Origin: Vicinamibacterales bacterium
GTDB taxonomy: Bacteria; Acidobacteriota; Vicinamibacteria; Vicinamibacterales; UBA8438
NCBI GenBank assembly: GCA_965116845.1
Contig: OZ220728.1
Location: forward strand, 2,498,309 to 2,562,308
Direction of reading: 5' to 3'
DNA: 64,000 nt
The notes under the pieces are model-generated. The model was not told where the DNA came from, made no database searches, and saw only the letters and a list, made by a program, of their open reading frames with translations. Shown here in pieces: positions 1-11,105 of this stretch. Numbering within the stretch: position 1 is the first letter of the stretch; the number at the start of each line of letters is the position of its first letter. A program made the position numbers and the translations under genes.

Positions 1-67
1 CATCCGCCTCCCGCGGGCGGCGCCGCGCGCCGACGATGGCTGACGCCGGAACGCTGCGGAACGGTTC

Positions 68-1195
68 TTGCGATCCGGACGCGGCGTGACATGCGGCGAC
101 TCGCCGGCGACCCTGCGCGAGGCGGTGGTGCTGTCGCTCGTCCTCAGCAGGTCCGCTCTGCGGGGCCATCTGGTGGGCGGGCGCCGGCTCCGCGACGAAG
201 CGGACCAGCGGCGCGTGCCCGGGCTCGCGGAGCTGGCGGAGCGGCTCCGGGATCCACCGGCGGCTGTCGCCTCCCGCCTGCCCGGCCTGCGTGCGCGCGC
301 GGCGCGGCTGCTCGCCCGGGGAGGTCGCGCCGGCATGCGGGCCCTACCCTGGACCGACGCGGCGTATCCGCGGCAGCTCGCCGCGATCGACGATCCGCCG
401 GCCGTGCTCTGGGTGCGGGGCGACGCGGCGCTGCTCTCGGCGCCCGCCGTCGCCGTCGTCGGCTCCCGCACCGGCTCGCCGTACGCCTGCGCCGTCGCGG
501 AGCGCCTGGCCGCGGGCCTGGCGGAGCACGGCGTCGCGGCGATCAGCGGACTCGCGCGAGGCGTCGACGCAGCGGCCCACCGCGGAGCGCTGGCCGCGGG
601 CGGGCCGACCGTGGCGGTGCTGGGGTCGGGCGTCGACGTCGTGTACCCTCCCGAGCACGCGTCGCTGGCCGAGGAGATCGTCGCGCACGGGGCGCTGGCC
701 AGCGAGCTCGGGCCGGGGGCGCCTCCGCTCCGCCATCACTTTCCGCGGCGGAACCGCATTCTGAGCGGGCTGTCGCGCGCCGTGGTCGTCGTCGAGGCAA
801 CGGTGCGCAGCGGGTCGCTCATCACGGCCCGGCTCGCCGCCGAGCAGGGCCGCGAGGTGATGGCCGTGCCCGGCAATGTTCTGAGCGGCCGCAGCCGCGG
901 CGCCCACCGCCTGATCCGCGACGGCGCCCGGATCGTCGAGACCGCGGCCGACATCCTGGAGGAGCTGGGCGTGGCGGCGCACGCCGCGGTCGATGGGGAG
1001 TCGCCGGCGGAGTCGGACCCGGTGCTGGCGCGGATGGAGCCGGGCGATCCCTGCGACGTCGAGCGACTGGCGCAGCAGTCGGGCCTGGCGTTGCCCGCGC
1101 TGCTCACGCACCTCACGGAGCTCGAGCTCCGGGGCCGGGTTTCACGGATCGGGGCGGGGCGATTCGTCCGTTTGCCCTTGCCGGTGGTAACGTAG
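68..1195 (+). CDS. dprA: DNA-processing/recombination-mediator protein DprA (Smf)
   Basis: 375-aa ORF with DprA core motifs VVGSRTGSPYA, ISGLARGVDAAAHRGAL, VAVLGSGVDVVYPPEH, FPRRNRILSGLS and SGSLITA. It lies directly upstream of topA. The TTG at 68 is the ORF-track maximum, so the true start is uncertain. Confidence 0.85.
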   Translation: MRSGRGVTCGDSPATLREAVVLSLVLSRSALRGHLVGGRRLRDEADQRRVPGLAELAERLRDPPAAVASRLPGLRARAARLLARGGRAGMRALPWTDAAYPRQLAAIDDPPAVLWVRGDAALLSAPAVAVVGSRTGSPYACAVAERLAAGLAEHGVAAISGLARGVDAAAHRGALAAGGPTVAVLGSGVDVVYPPEHASLAEEIVAHGALASELGPGAPPLRHHFPRRNRILSGLSRAVVVVEATVRSGSLITARLAAEQGREVMAVPGNVLSGRSRGAHRLIRDGARIVETAADILEELGVAAHAAVDGESPAESDPVLARMEPGDPCDVERLAQQSGLALPALLTHLTELELRGRVSRIGAGRFVRLPLPVVT

Positions 1196-1216
1196 AAACA
1201 GGGAACCGCACCACCC

Positions 1217-3634
1217 ATGGCCAAGACTCTCGTCGTCGTCGAATCGCCTGCCAAGGCCCGCACCATCAACCGCTACCTGGGCAAGGACTACAAGGTCGTT
1301 GCCTCGATGGGCCACATCCGCGATCTGCCGAAGACCCGGTTGGGCGTCGATGTGGAGGCCGGCTTCTCCCCTGCGTACGAGCCGATTCCGGCGCGCAAGA
1401 AGGTCATTAAGCAGTTGAAGGACGCCGCCAAGGGCGTGAGCCGGATCTACGTCGCGACGGACCCGGATCGAGAAGGCGAAGCGATCGGCTGGCATCTGGC
1501 GCGCGAGGTCGGAGCCAAGAAGCAGGTCGGCCGCCTCATGTTCAACGAGATCACGCGCACCGCCGTGTCGGCCGCGCTGGACCGCGTCGGGGAAATCGAC
1601 CAGCGCATGGTGGACGCCCAGCAGGCCCGCCGCGTGCTCGACCGGCTGGTCGGCTACAAGCTGAGCCCGCTGCTGTGGGACAAGGTGCAGCGGGGCCTGA
1701 GCGCCGGCCGGGTGCAGTCCGTCGCCCTGAAGCTCGTCTGCGACCGCGAGGCGGCCATCGACGCCTTCGAGGTGGAGGAGTACTGGCACGTCACCGCGCG
1801 TCTGGCCGCCGGTCTCCCGCCGGAGTTCGATGCCCGGCTGGTGAAGAAGGGGAAGCAGGCCGTCAAGCTGGGGAAGGAGGCGGAAGCGAAGGCCGTGGTG
1901 GCCGACCTGGAGAGGGCGACCTACGTCGTCGAAACGGTGACCGAGAAGGAGCGCAAGCGCCACGCGGCGCCGCCGTTCATCACGAGCAAGCTGCAGCAGG
2001 CGGCGCGGTTTCCCGTGAAGCGCACGATGCAGGTCGCTCAGCAGCTCTATGAGGGGATCGAGATCCCGGGCGAGGGCTCGGTCGGCCTGATCACGTATAT
2101 GCGGACCGATTCGACGCGCGTGTCGGAGGAGGCGATCGCGAGCGTGCGCGACCACATCGCGTCCACCTACGGGCCGGAGTTCCTTCCCGCTCAGCCGAAG
2201 CGATACCGGGCCGGCAAGGACGCCCAGGACGCGCACGAGGCGATACGGCCGACGTCCATGGCGCTCGATCCCGCCGCCGTCCGGCCGCACCTCACGCGCG
2301 AGCAGGCCTACCTGTACGAGCTCGTCTGGAACCGCTTCGTGGCGTCGCAGATGCCGCCGGCGACGTTCGACGACACGACGGTCGAGGTGCGTGCGGGCGA
2401 CTACCTGCTGCGGGCGAAGGGATCGGTGCCCAAGTTCAGCGGCTGGCTGGCGGTCTACGAGCGGACCCCGCAGGCAGGCTCCGAGCCCGAGACGCCGGGC
2501 GACACCGGGAAGGGCAGCGAAGAGGCCGGCGCCACCGGCCTGCTGCCGGCCGTGCGGGAGAACGACCGCCTCGACCTCAAGGGGCTCCGGCCCGAGCAGA
2601 AGTTCACGCAGCCGCCGCCGCGGTTCGGGGAGGCGACGCTGGTCAAGGAGCTCGAGGAGAACGGCATCGGGCGGCCCACCACCTACGCGTCGATCATCGG
2701 CACCCTCCAGATGCGCGACTACGTCGAGAAGCTCGAGGGGCGCTTCAAGCCGACAAGGCTCGGCCGGCTCGTCACCGATCTCCTCACGCGCAGCTTCGAC
2801 GACATCATCCAGGTCGCCTATACGCGCGAACTGGAGGATCGTCTGGACCGGATCGCGGAAGGCCAAGCCGACTACCAGGGCACGCTGGCGAGCTTCTACG
2901 AGAAGTTCCGCACGGACCTCGAGCGGGCCGCGACGGCGATGCCCAACGTGAAGGCGGAGGGGCTCCCGAGCGACGAGACCTGCGACAAGTGCGGGTCGAA
3001 GATGGTTCGCAAGATCGGGCGCTTCGGGATGTTCCTGGCCTGCAGCGCCTACCCGGAGTGCCAGAACACGCGGGAGATCGAGCCGGCCGACACGGCGGCG
3101 GAGGAGCAGGAGGAGGAATCCTGCGATACCTGCGGCCGGCCGATGGTCGTCAAGCGCGGTCGGTTCGGCCAGTTCCTGGCGTGCTCCGGCTATCCCGAGT
3201 GCAAGACCACGCGCAAGCTGATCGCCACCGCCAAGGGCGTGGCGGCGGCGAAGCCGGATCGGCCGCTCGACGAGCCCTGCCCGAAGTGCGGCACCCACCT
3301 GATCGTGAAGCACGGGCGTTTCGGCGAGTTCACCGCCTGCAGCAACTACCCCAAGTGCCGCTACGTGAAGCTCGAGAGCACCGGGGTCGCCTGTCCGCGC
3401 GACGGCGGCGACCTCGTAGAGCGCAAGTCGCGCCGCGGGCGGGTCTTCTACGGATGCAGCAACTACCCGGACTGCGACTTCACTCTCTGGAACAAGCCGC
3501 TCGCGACGCCGTGCCCGAAGTGCCGGGCGCCGTTCCTGCTCGAGAAGGTGACGAAGCGCTGGGGCCGGCAGTTGCTCTGCCACAATGACGACTGCGACTA
3601 CCAGCGCGACGACGAGGAGCGGGCGGCGGGCTGA
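1217..3634 (+). CDS. topA: DNA topoisomerase I
   Basis: 805 aa. TOPRIM N-terminus MAKTLVVVESPAKARTINRYLG...MGHIRDLP...DPDREGEAI. The C-terminus has several CxxC...CxxC zinc-ribbon repeats (CDKCGSKMV..CSAYPEC, CDTCGRPMV..CSGYPEC, CPKCGTHL..CSNYPKC, CPKCRAPF). Confidence 0.97.
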   Translation: MAKTLVVVESPAKARTINRYLGKDYKVVASMGHIRDLPKTRLGVDVEAGFSPAYEPIPARKKVIKQLKDAAKGVSRIYVATDPDREGEAIGWHLAREVGAKKQVGRLMFNEITRTAVSAALDRVGEIDQRMVDAQQARRVLDRLVGYKLSPLLWDKVQRGLSAGRVQSVALKLVCDREAAIDAFEVEEYWHVTARLAAGLPPEFDARLVKKGKQAVKLGKEAEAKAVVADLERATYVVETVTEKERKRHAAPPFITSKLQQAARFPVKRTMQVAQQLYEGIEIPGEGSVGLITYMRTDSTRVSEEAIASVRDHIASTYGPEFLPAQPKRYRAGKDAQDAHEAIRPTSMALDPAAVRPHLTREQAYLYELVWNRFVASQMPPATFDDTTVEVRAGDYLLRAKGSVPKFSGWLAVYERTPQAGSEPETPGDTGKGSEEAGATGLLPAVRENDRLDLKGLRPEQKFTQPPPRFGEATLVKELEENGIGRPTTYASIIGTLQMRDYVEKLEGRFKPTRLGRLVTDLLTRSFDDIIQVAYTRELEDRLDRIAEGQADYQGTLASFYEKFRTDLERAATAMPNVKAEGLPSDETCDKCGSKMVRKIGRFGMFLACSAYPECQNTREIEPADTAAEEQEEESCDTCGRPMVVKRGRFGQFLACSGYPECKTTRKLIATAKGVAAAKPDRPLDEPCPKCGTHLIVKHGRFGEFTACSNYPKCRYVKLESTGVACPRDGGDLVERKSRRGRVFYGCSNYPDCDFTLWNKPLATPCPKCRAPFLLEKVTKRWGRQLLCHNDDCDYQRDDEERAAG

Positions 3635-3676
3635 GCCGGGCGGGCCCCGTCACGCCCCCGCGGCCGGGGGCGCACC

Positions 3677-5056
3677 GTGATTCGCATCGTGGGCGGCGGG
3701 CTGGCCGGCACCGAGGCCGCGTGGCAGGCGGCCCGCCGCGGGGTGCCGGTTGCCCTCCACGAGATGCGTCCCGTCCGCCCGACGGCGGTCCATCGCACCG
3801 GCCGCCTCGCCGAGCTCGTCTGCAGCAACTCGTTCCGCGGCGACCGGCTCGAGAACGCCGTCGGGCTGCTGAAGGCCGAGATGCGGCAGCTCGGATCCCT
3901 GGTGATGCGCGTCGCCGACGCGACCCGGGTACCGGCGGGCGGCGCGCTGGCCGTCGATCGGGAGCGCTTCGCCGCCGGCATGACCGAGGCCCTCGAGGAA
4001 GAGCCGCTCGTGACGCTTCACCGCGAGGAGGTGACGGGCATTCCCGCGGCGGACGACCTCCGCCGGCCCGTCATCATCGCCACCGGACCGCTGACCTCCG
4101 AGCCGCTCGCGGAGGAGCTCACCGCGCTCGTCGGACACGAGCAGCTCTACTTCTTCGACGCCGTGAGTCCGATAGTCCATGCGGACTCGATCGACGCGAG
4201 CGTCGTCTTTCGGGCTTCGCGGCACGGACGGCAGACCGCGGCCGACGCGGAGGCGGGGCAGGCCGCCACCGGCGACTACCTGAACTGCCCGTTGGACGCG
4301 GCGCAGTACGCGCGATTCCACGAGGCCCTGATCGGAGCCGAGGTGGCCGAGCTGCACGACTTCGACCGCACGCCGTTCTTCGAGGGCTGCCTGCCGATAG
4401 AGGTGATGGCGCACCGTGGCGTCGACACGCTGCGCTTCGGGCCGCTGAAGCCGGTCGGGTTGACGGATCCGGCGACCGGCCGCCGACCCTACGCGGTCGT
4501 GCAGCTTCGCCAGGACAACCTCGCGGCGGACCACTTCAGCCTCGTCGGGTTCCAGACCCAGCTCAAGTGGGGCGAGCAGGCCCGCGTGCTGCGCATGGTG
4601 CCCGGGCTGGAGCGGGCGGAGTTCGTGCGCTTCGGGATGATCCACCGCAACACCTACATCAACGCCCCGTCGGTGCTGCGGGAAACCTGGCAGATGCGCT
4701 CGCGGCCCGCCCTCTTCCTGGCCGGCCAGCTTTCCGGGGTGGAGGGCTACGTCGAGTCGGCGGCGTCGGGGCTGATGGCGGGTCTCGGAGCGGCGGCCCT
4801 GGCTCGCGGCGAGGTGCCCCGTCCCCTGCCGCGAACGACCGCGCTGGGGGCGCTGGCGCACTACGTCTCGCACGCCAGTCCGACCAACTACCAGCCGACC
4901 AACATCGCGTTCGGGCTCATTCCATCGGAGGTGCGGCCGCCGCGCGGGCGCGCCGCACGGCGGGAGGCGCTGGCGCGCCGCGCCCTCGCCGACCTCGACG
5001 CGTGGCGCTCGGCCGAGGAGGGCGCCGATGGAGCGGCTGCAGCGCGAGTTTCTTGA
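3677..5056 (+). CDS. trmFO: Methylenetetrahydrofolate--tRNA-(uracil-5-)-methyltransferase TrmFO (Gid)
   Basis: 459 aa. FAD-binding start MIRIVGGGLAGTEAAWQAARRG, GidA-related short form with FLAGQLSGVEGYVESAASG. Position between topA and xerC matches the classic topA-gid-xerC arrangement. Confidence 0.93.
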   Translation: MIRIVGGGLAGTEAAWQAARRGVPVALHEMRPVRPTAVHRTGRLAELVCSNSFRGDRLENAVGLLKAEMRQLGSLVMRVADATRVPAGGALAVDRERFAAGMTEALEEEPLVTLHREEVTGIPAADDLRRPVIIATGPLTSEPLAEELTALVGHEQLYFFDAVSPIVHADSIDASVVFRASRHGRQTAADAEAGQAATGDYLNCPLDAAQYARFHEALIGAEVAELHDFDRTPFFEGCLPIEVMAHRGVDTLRFGPLKPVGLTDPATGRRPYAVVQLRQDNLAADHFSLVGFQTQLKWGEQARVLRMVPGLERAEFVRFGMIHRNTYINAPSVLRETWQMRSRPALFLAGQLSGVEGYVESAASGLMAGLGAAALARGEVPRPLPRTTALGALAHYVSHASPTNYQPTNIAFGLIPSEVRPPRGRAARREALARRALADLDAWRSAEEGADGAAAARVS

Positions 5057-5948
5057 GTACCTGCGCTTCAACCGCAACGCGTCCCCCCACACGGCACGGG
5101 CCTACGCGTCCGATCTGCGGCAGTTCGTCGACTTCGCGCGGCAGCGGCTCGGGCGGGAGCCGGCGCCGTCCGACCTCGATCACCGGCTGATCCGGACCTT
5201 TCTCGCGGACCTGTACGCGCAGGGGCGCGCCCGGGCCTCGTCGGCCCGCACGCTCGCCGCGATTCGCTCCTTCTGCCGCTACCTGCGGCGGGAGGGCGTC
5301 CTCGCCGACAACCCGGCCGCGCTCGTCGCGGCGCCGCGGCCGGAGCGGCGGATGCCGGCGCACCTCGACATCGCCGACATGAACGTCCTGCTGGCGGCCC
5401 CGGACGCCGCGACTTCGTTGGGCCGCCGCGACCGGGCCATCCTGGAGCTGCTCTATGCTTCCGGTCTGCGCCTGAGCGAGCTGGTCGGGCTCGACCTCGA
5501 CGACGTCAACCTCGGGGGACGTCTGGTGCGGGTGCGCGGCAAGGGCGGCCGCGAGCGCATCGTGCCGTTCCACCAACGGGCGGCGGACGTCATCCGCGAC
5601 TACCTGCCGGTTCGCCACCGCCTGTGCGAGACCGCCGGCTCCGAGGTGGACCGCCCGGCGGGTCGCGGCCGCGACCCCCTGTTCGTCAACTATCGCGGCG
5701 GCCGTCTCTCGGGACGCAGCGTGGACCGGCTGGTGCGGCGCTACGTGGCCCTGTCGAGCACCCGGCTCGGCATCAGTCCGCACGCGCTGCGGCACTCGTT
5801 CGCCACGCATCTGCTGGAGCGGGGAGCGGACCTGCGGTCGATCCAGGAGCTGCTGGGCCACGCGCGGGTCAGCACGACCCAGCGCTACACCCACGTCAGC
5901 GCGGCCCAGATCACCAGCCTGTACCGCAAGACCCACCCCCGGGCGTAG
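5028..5948 (+). CDS. xerC: Site-specific tyrosine recombinase XerC/XerD family
   Basis: 306 aa. N-terminal SAM-like domain (FLEYLRFNRNASPHTARAYASDLRQF). Catalytic motifs LLYASGLRLSEL (Arg), HALRHSFATHLL (HxxR) and LLGHARVSTTQRYTHV (His..Tyr). Overlaps the trmFO 3' end by 29 nt. Confidence 0.9.
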   Translation: MERLQREFLEYLRFNRNASPHTARAYASDLRQFVDFARQRLGREPAPSDLDHRLIRTFLADLYAQGRARASSARTLAAIRSFCRYLRREGVLADNPAALVAAPRPERRMPAHLDIADMNVLLAAPDAATSLGRRDRAILELLYASGLRLSELVGLDLDDVNLGGRLVRVRGKGGRERIVPFHQRAADVIRDYLPVRHRLCETAGSEVDRPAGRGRDPLFVNYRGGRLSGRSVDRLVRRYVALSSTRLGISPHALRHSFATHLLERGADLRSIQELLGHARVSTTQRYTHVSAAQITSLYRKTHPRA

Positions 5949-5978
5949 CGCAGGCGGGGGGCAATGTCGCCGGCGCGC

Positions 5979-6075
5979 TCGGTGAGCGAGCCGTGGTGAG
6001 CGTGCTGCGCGGGGGATACCGTGCGGTGAGCATGCCGGTGCGGTGGGCATGCCGTGCGGTGAGCTTGCCGTGCAG
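5979..6075. repeat. Degenerate 16-17-nt tandem array in the convergent xerC/ABC-F spacer
   Basis: Units CCGTGCGGTGAGCATG (6019-6034), CCGGTGCGGTGGGCATG (6035-6051), CCGTGCGGTGAGCTTG (6052-6067) and a partial CCGTGCAG. Weaker GGTGAGCG-type units precede them from about 5979. Confidence 0.7.
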
Positions 6076-6096
6076 CCGCTCGGCGCCGGGCGGCGG

Positions 6097-8133
<2,037 letters not shown>

Positions 8134-8718
8134 CTACTCGCCCAGGGCCCTGGCGGTCGCCGAAAGGACCCGGGCTGTCGTGAAGGGGGGCGTCAGATAG
8201 CCGGCCACCCCCAGGTTGGCGGCCTCGATGGCGGAGGCCTCGCTCGAGAAGGCGGTGACGATGATGACCGGCAACCGCGGGTCCGTGCGCCGTGCCTCGC
8301 GGATGACGGCCAGTCCGTCCATGACGGGCAGCCGGAGTCCGGTGATCAGCAGATCGGCACCGTCGCGCCGCAGCCGATCGAGCGCCAACCGGCCGTCCGC
8401 CACGGCCTCGGCCTCATAGCCGGCGGCCGCGAGGGCTCCGGCCAGCGGCCGGTTCGTTCCGTTCCCGTCGTCCTCGGCCGCGACCAGCACGCGCCTGCGC
8501 GTCACCCCGGTCGCGCGGCCCGTGCGCTGGCTCTCGAGCCAGGCGTCGAGGTCGCTCTTGCGGAACCGCCACTGGCGACCGACGCGGACGGCGGGGATCT
8601 TGCCCGCCTTGATCAGCCGGTAGACGGTTCGGAGGTTGACGCGCAGGTACCCCAGTACATCGTCGGTGGTCAGGAACGCATCGTCGAGCATGGCCGGGAG
8701 TCGATCCACTGTAGCCAA
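8134..8718 (-). CDS. Excisionase/MerR-type HTH fused to a degenerate response-regulator receiver domain
   Basis: 194 aa. N-terminal HTH TVYRLIKAGKIPAVRVGRQWRFRKSDLDAWL. The C-terminal REC fold (RVLVAAEDDG...LLITGLRLPVMDGL...VIIVTAF...GYLTPPF) has Gly at the phospho-acceptor Asp position and Pro at the conserved Lys position. Confidence 0.8.
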   Translation of the reverse strand: MATVDRLPAMLDDAFLTTDDVLGYLRVNLRTVYRLIKAGKIPAVRVGRQWRFRKSDLDAWLESQRTGRATGVTRRRVLVAAEDDGNGTNRPLAGALAAAGYEAEAVADGRLALDRLRRDGADLLITGLRLPVMDGLAVIREARRTDPRLPVIIVTAFSSEASAIEAANLGVAGYLTPPFTTARVLSATARALGE

Positions 8719-8836
8719 TCGGACGCGCCCGTGTCATCCGACGTTGCCCGACCGCTCCGTCCGAAACGGCTTGTCGTCCGTCTATAAGGACAGGGAGCCG
8801 ATACAGGAGCCGAAACCGCGCGGCGCGGACGCTCGC

Positions 8837-9475
8837 ATGGCGATTACCGACGACCAGCTCGTGGCCCTCGCGGCCGGCGGTGACACCGACGCGTTCAACC
8901 AGCTCGTCGTGCGCTGGGAGCGCCCGATATTCGCCCTCGCTTACCGTGTGCTGGGGCACGAGGACGACGCGCGCGACGTCTGCCAGGAAGCGTTCCTGCG
9001 GGCCTTCCGGTCCATCGGCGCGTTCAAGGGACAGGCCAAGTTCTCGTCGTGGCTGTACCGCATCGCGCTCAACCTGTGCCGCGACTGGATACGCCGCGAG
9101 CGGCGCGTTACGATGGTCGCTCCGCCGGTGGATGCCGACACCGGTCCGCTCGACATCCTGGCCGATCCGGACAGCTACGCGTCGGAGGAGGCGGTCATGC
9201 GGCGGGAGCTGGGGCGCGCCGTCGAGCGAATCATGGCCGGCCTGCCGGAGGAGCAACGAACGGCCATCGTGCTCAAGGAGTACCACGGCCTGACCTTTCA
9301 GGAGATCGCGGATTTGCAGGGCTGTCCCCTCAGCACCGTGAAGACCCGCGTGTACCAGGGCCTCGCAGCGCTGCGCGGGCACCTCGAGCGCCGCGGTATC
9401 CGCCCGGGCACGGCTCTCCCGGAGCGGCGCCCGTCTCCCTTCTCGCGCCTCACCGCGGTGCGCGACAGCGAGTGA
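8837..9475 (+). CDS. ECF-type RNA polymerase sigma-70 factor
   Basis: ATG at 8837 within ORF 8636-9475. Region 2: DVCQEAFLRAFRSIGAFKGQAKFSSWLYRIALNLCRDWIRR. Region 4: EEQRTAIVLKEYHGLTFQEIADLQGCPLSTVKTRVYQGL. Confidence 0.9.
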   Translation: MAITDDQLVALAAGGDTDAFNQLVVRWERPIFALAYRVLGHEDDARDVCQEAFLRAFRSIGAFKGQAKFSSWLYRIALNLCRDWIRRERRVTMVAPPVDADTGPLDILADPDSYASEEAVMRRELGRAVERIMAGLPEEQRTAIVLKEYHGLTFQEIADLQGCPLSTVKTRVYQGLAALRGHLERRGIRPGTALPERRPSPFSRLTAVRDSE

Positions 9476-9478
9476 CCA

Positions 9479-10138
9479 ATGGACGCCACATCGACCTGCG
9501 ATCGACGCGAGCACCTGGCCGCCTACCTCTACGGCGAGTGCGAGGCGGAGGAGCGCGAGCGGACGGAGGCCCATCTGGCCGCCTGCGAGCGCTGCGCGGC
9601 CGAGGTCGACGCACTGCGATCCGTCCGCCGCTCGCTCGCGGCCTGGGCGCCGCCCGAAGCCGACCTCGGCTTCCGCATCGTGTCCGACCTGCCGCGGCGC
9701 GAGGGGCCGTGGTGGCGGCGGGTCGGCTCGCGCCCCGCATGGGGGGTCGCGGCGGCGGCGTGTGTCGCGGTGGCCGTCGCTCTCGGAGTCCTCGACGTTC
9801 GCTGGGAGGGGGACGGAGTCGTCATTCGGCTGGGCCGGGCGGCGGAGGGCGGTGCGTCCACCGAGGTCAGGGGGGCCGCCGAGGTCACCGGGCCCGCCGA
9901 GGTCGCCGCGACCGCCGTGCCCGCGACGGCGGGGGCGCCGGAGGCTGTCGACGATGCCCTGATGCGGCGTATCGGGACGCTGATCGAGCAGAGCGAGCGC
10001 CGGCAGCAGCAGGAGTTCGCGACGCGGCTGCTGGCCCTGGCGCAGGAGTTCGATCTGCAGCGCCGGGAGGATCAGATGCGCGTTCAGCAGGAGGTGGGCG
10101 CGCTCGCGGACTATCTCGTCCGCGTCTCGGGCCCGTAG
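9479..10138 (+). CDS. Anti-sigma factor, zf-HC2 type, single-pass membrane protein
   Basis: 219 aa, starting 4 nt after the sigma gene. Has the HLAACERC (Hx3Cx2C) zinc motif, one TM segment (AWGVAAAACVAVAVALGVL) and a Gln-rich coiled-coil C-terminus. Confidence 0.8.
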   Translation: MDATSTCDRREHLAAYLYGECEAEERERTEAHLAACERCAAEVDALRSVRRSLAAWAPPEADLGFRIVSDLPRREGPWWRRVGSRPAWGVAAAACVAVAVALGVLDVRWEGDGVVIRLGRAAEGGASTEVRGAAEVTGPAEVAATAVPATAGAPEAVDDALMRRIGTLIEQSERRQQQEFATRLLALAQEFDLQRREDQMRVQQEVGALADYLVRVSGP

Positions 10139-10150
10139 AGCGAGGAGACG

Positions 10151-10972
10151 ATGGTCGCAACCGCACTGACACGCGCGGCGGCAATCGTGGCGGGCAGTCT
10201 GGTGCTGGCTGGCTCGGCCGCGGCCCAGCCTGTGCCCGCTGCCGCCGAGACCCCCGGCGGGCAGCCCGCGCTCCGGGCACAGATTCAGACCCTCGAGCGT
10301 ATGCTGGCCGGCGCCGTGAGCCGCAGCGCCAGCGCGGTCGAGGGCCAGCTTCCGGCCGGCGTGCCCGGGCTGGTGCTGTTCGCCGGGCCGATTCAGGTGC
10401 GGGGCTTTCGACTCGAGGACTACGGCGTTTTCTTCGACGTCGAGTACCCCGTGCTGCGCCGCAGCATCGTCTGGTCGATGCAGCGGCTCGACCCGTTCGA
10501 GCTGAGCCTGGACATCACGCTGCAGATGTTGCGGCGGCAGTTCCCGCTCGCGGAGCTTCCGGTCGCGGGCCCGGACCGGGGACGCGTCGCAGCCGATCTC
10601 TCCGGGTCGCGCTCGACTCCGCGGGAGCGTGTCGGCGGCCGGGCGTCTCGCCGCCCCGCCGGCCCGCGCTACGCTCCGGGCGTTGCGGCCGGCGGGGCAC
10701 CGTCCGGAACCGGCCGCGTGGTCGTCGATCCGCTCCGCGTGTACCGGCATGCGCTGCAGGTCTCGTTGACGGATGCGCTCCTGGTGGGCGGCGCGGCTCT
10801 CGCCGCCGTGCTGCCGGAGGACGCCTGGCTCACGGTGGCGGCGCGGGACGTCACCGGCCTGGCCGGGCGCGACGGCCGGCTCCGCGTCGCCGCGCGCGAT
10901 CTCACCGCGTTCGGGGAGGGCCGGGTCACCCTCGAAGAGGTCCGGGAACTCGTGGAGACCTCCGGCTTCTAG
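10151..10972 (+). CDS. Hypothetical secreted protein (ECF operon member)
   Basis: 273 aa with signal peptide MVATALTRAAAIVAGSLVLAGSAAAQP. I recognise no domain. Called from its position 13 nt after the anti-sigma gene and its coding-like composition. Confidence 0.5.
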   Translation: MVATALTRAAAIVAGSLVLAGSAAAQPVPAAAETPGGQPALRAQIQTLERMLAGAVSRSASAVEGQLPAGVPGLVLFAGPIQVRGFRLEDYGVFFDVEYPVLRRSIVWSMQRLDPFELSLDITLQMLRRQFPLAELPVAGPDRGRVAADLSGSRSTPRERVGGRASRRPAGPRYAPGVAAGGAPSGTGRVVVDPLRVYRHALQVSLTDALLVGGAALAAVLPEDAWLTVAARDVTGLAGRDGRLRVAARDLTAFGEGRVTLEEVRELVETSGF

Positions 10973-11058
10973 CCCACCATTCGTCGCCTGAACGGCTCCA
11001 CCTGGTGCCCAACCGACCCTCCCAGGAGTCTGCTCCGTCCTACGGCGCAGACTCCTGG
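10970..11058 (+). repeat. Structured intergenic repeat, copy A
   Basis: TAGCCCACCATTCGTCGCCTGAACGGCTCCACCTGGTGCCCAACC...GGAGTCTGCTCCGTCCTACGGCGCAGACTCC. By manual ungapped alignment, 79/89 positions match the reverse complement of 42097-42186. Hairpin at 11025-11055. The element starts at the TAG stop of the upstream gene. Confidence 0.85.
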
Positions 11059-11105
11059 TTCCCGGCGGGCGAGCCGGGTCTTTCCAAACGCCGCGGGCCG
11101 GCACT

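Noticed and set aside
5028-5948. The tyrosine recombinase as a phage or integrative-element integrase marking a mobile island.
   Set aside because: It has XerC/D-type length and motifs. It sits in the conserved housekeeping context topA-trmFO-xerC. No att-like repeats, phage genes or tRNA target lie nearby.
8755-8795. An ECF-type autoregulatory promoter (GAAAC ... CGTCTA) upstream of the sigma factor gene.
   Set aside because: The spacing between the AAC and CGTC elements is about 11-12 nt, whereas characterised ECF promoters have about 16-17 nt. This is too weak to call.
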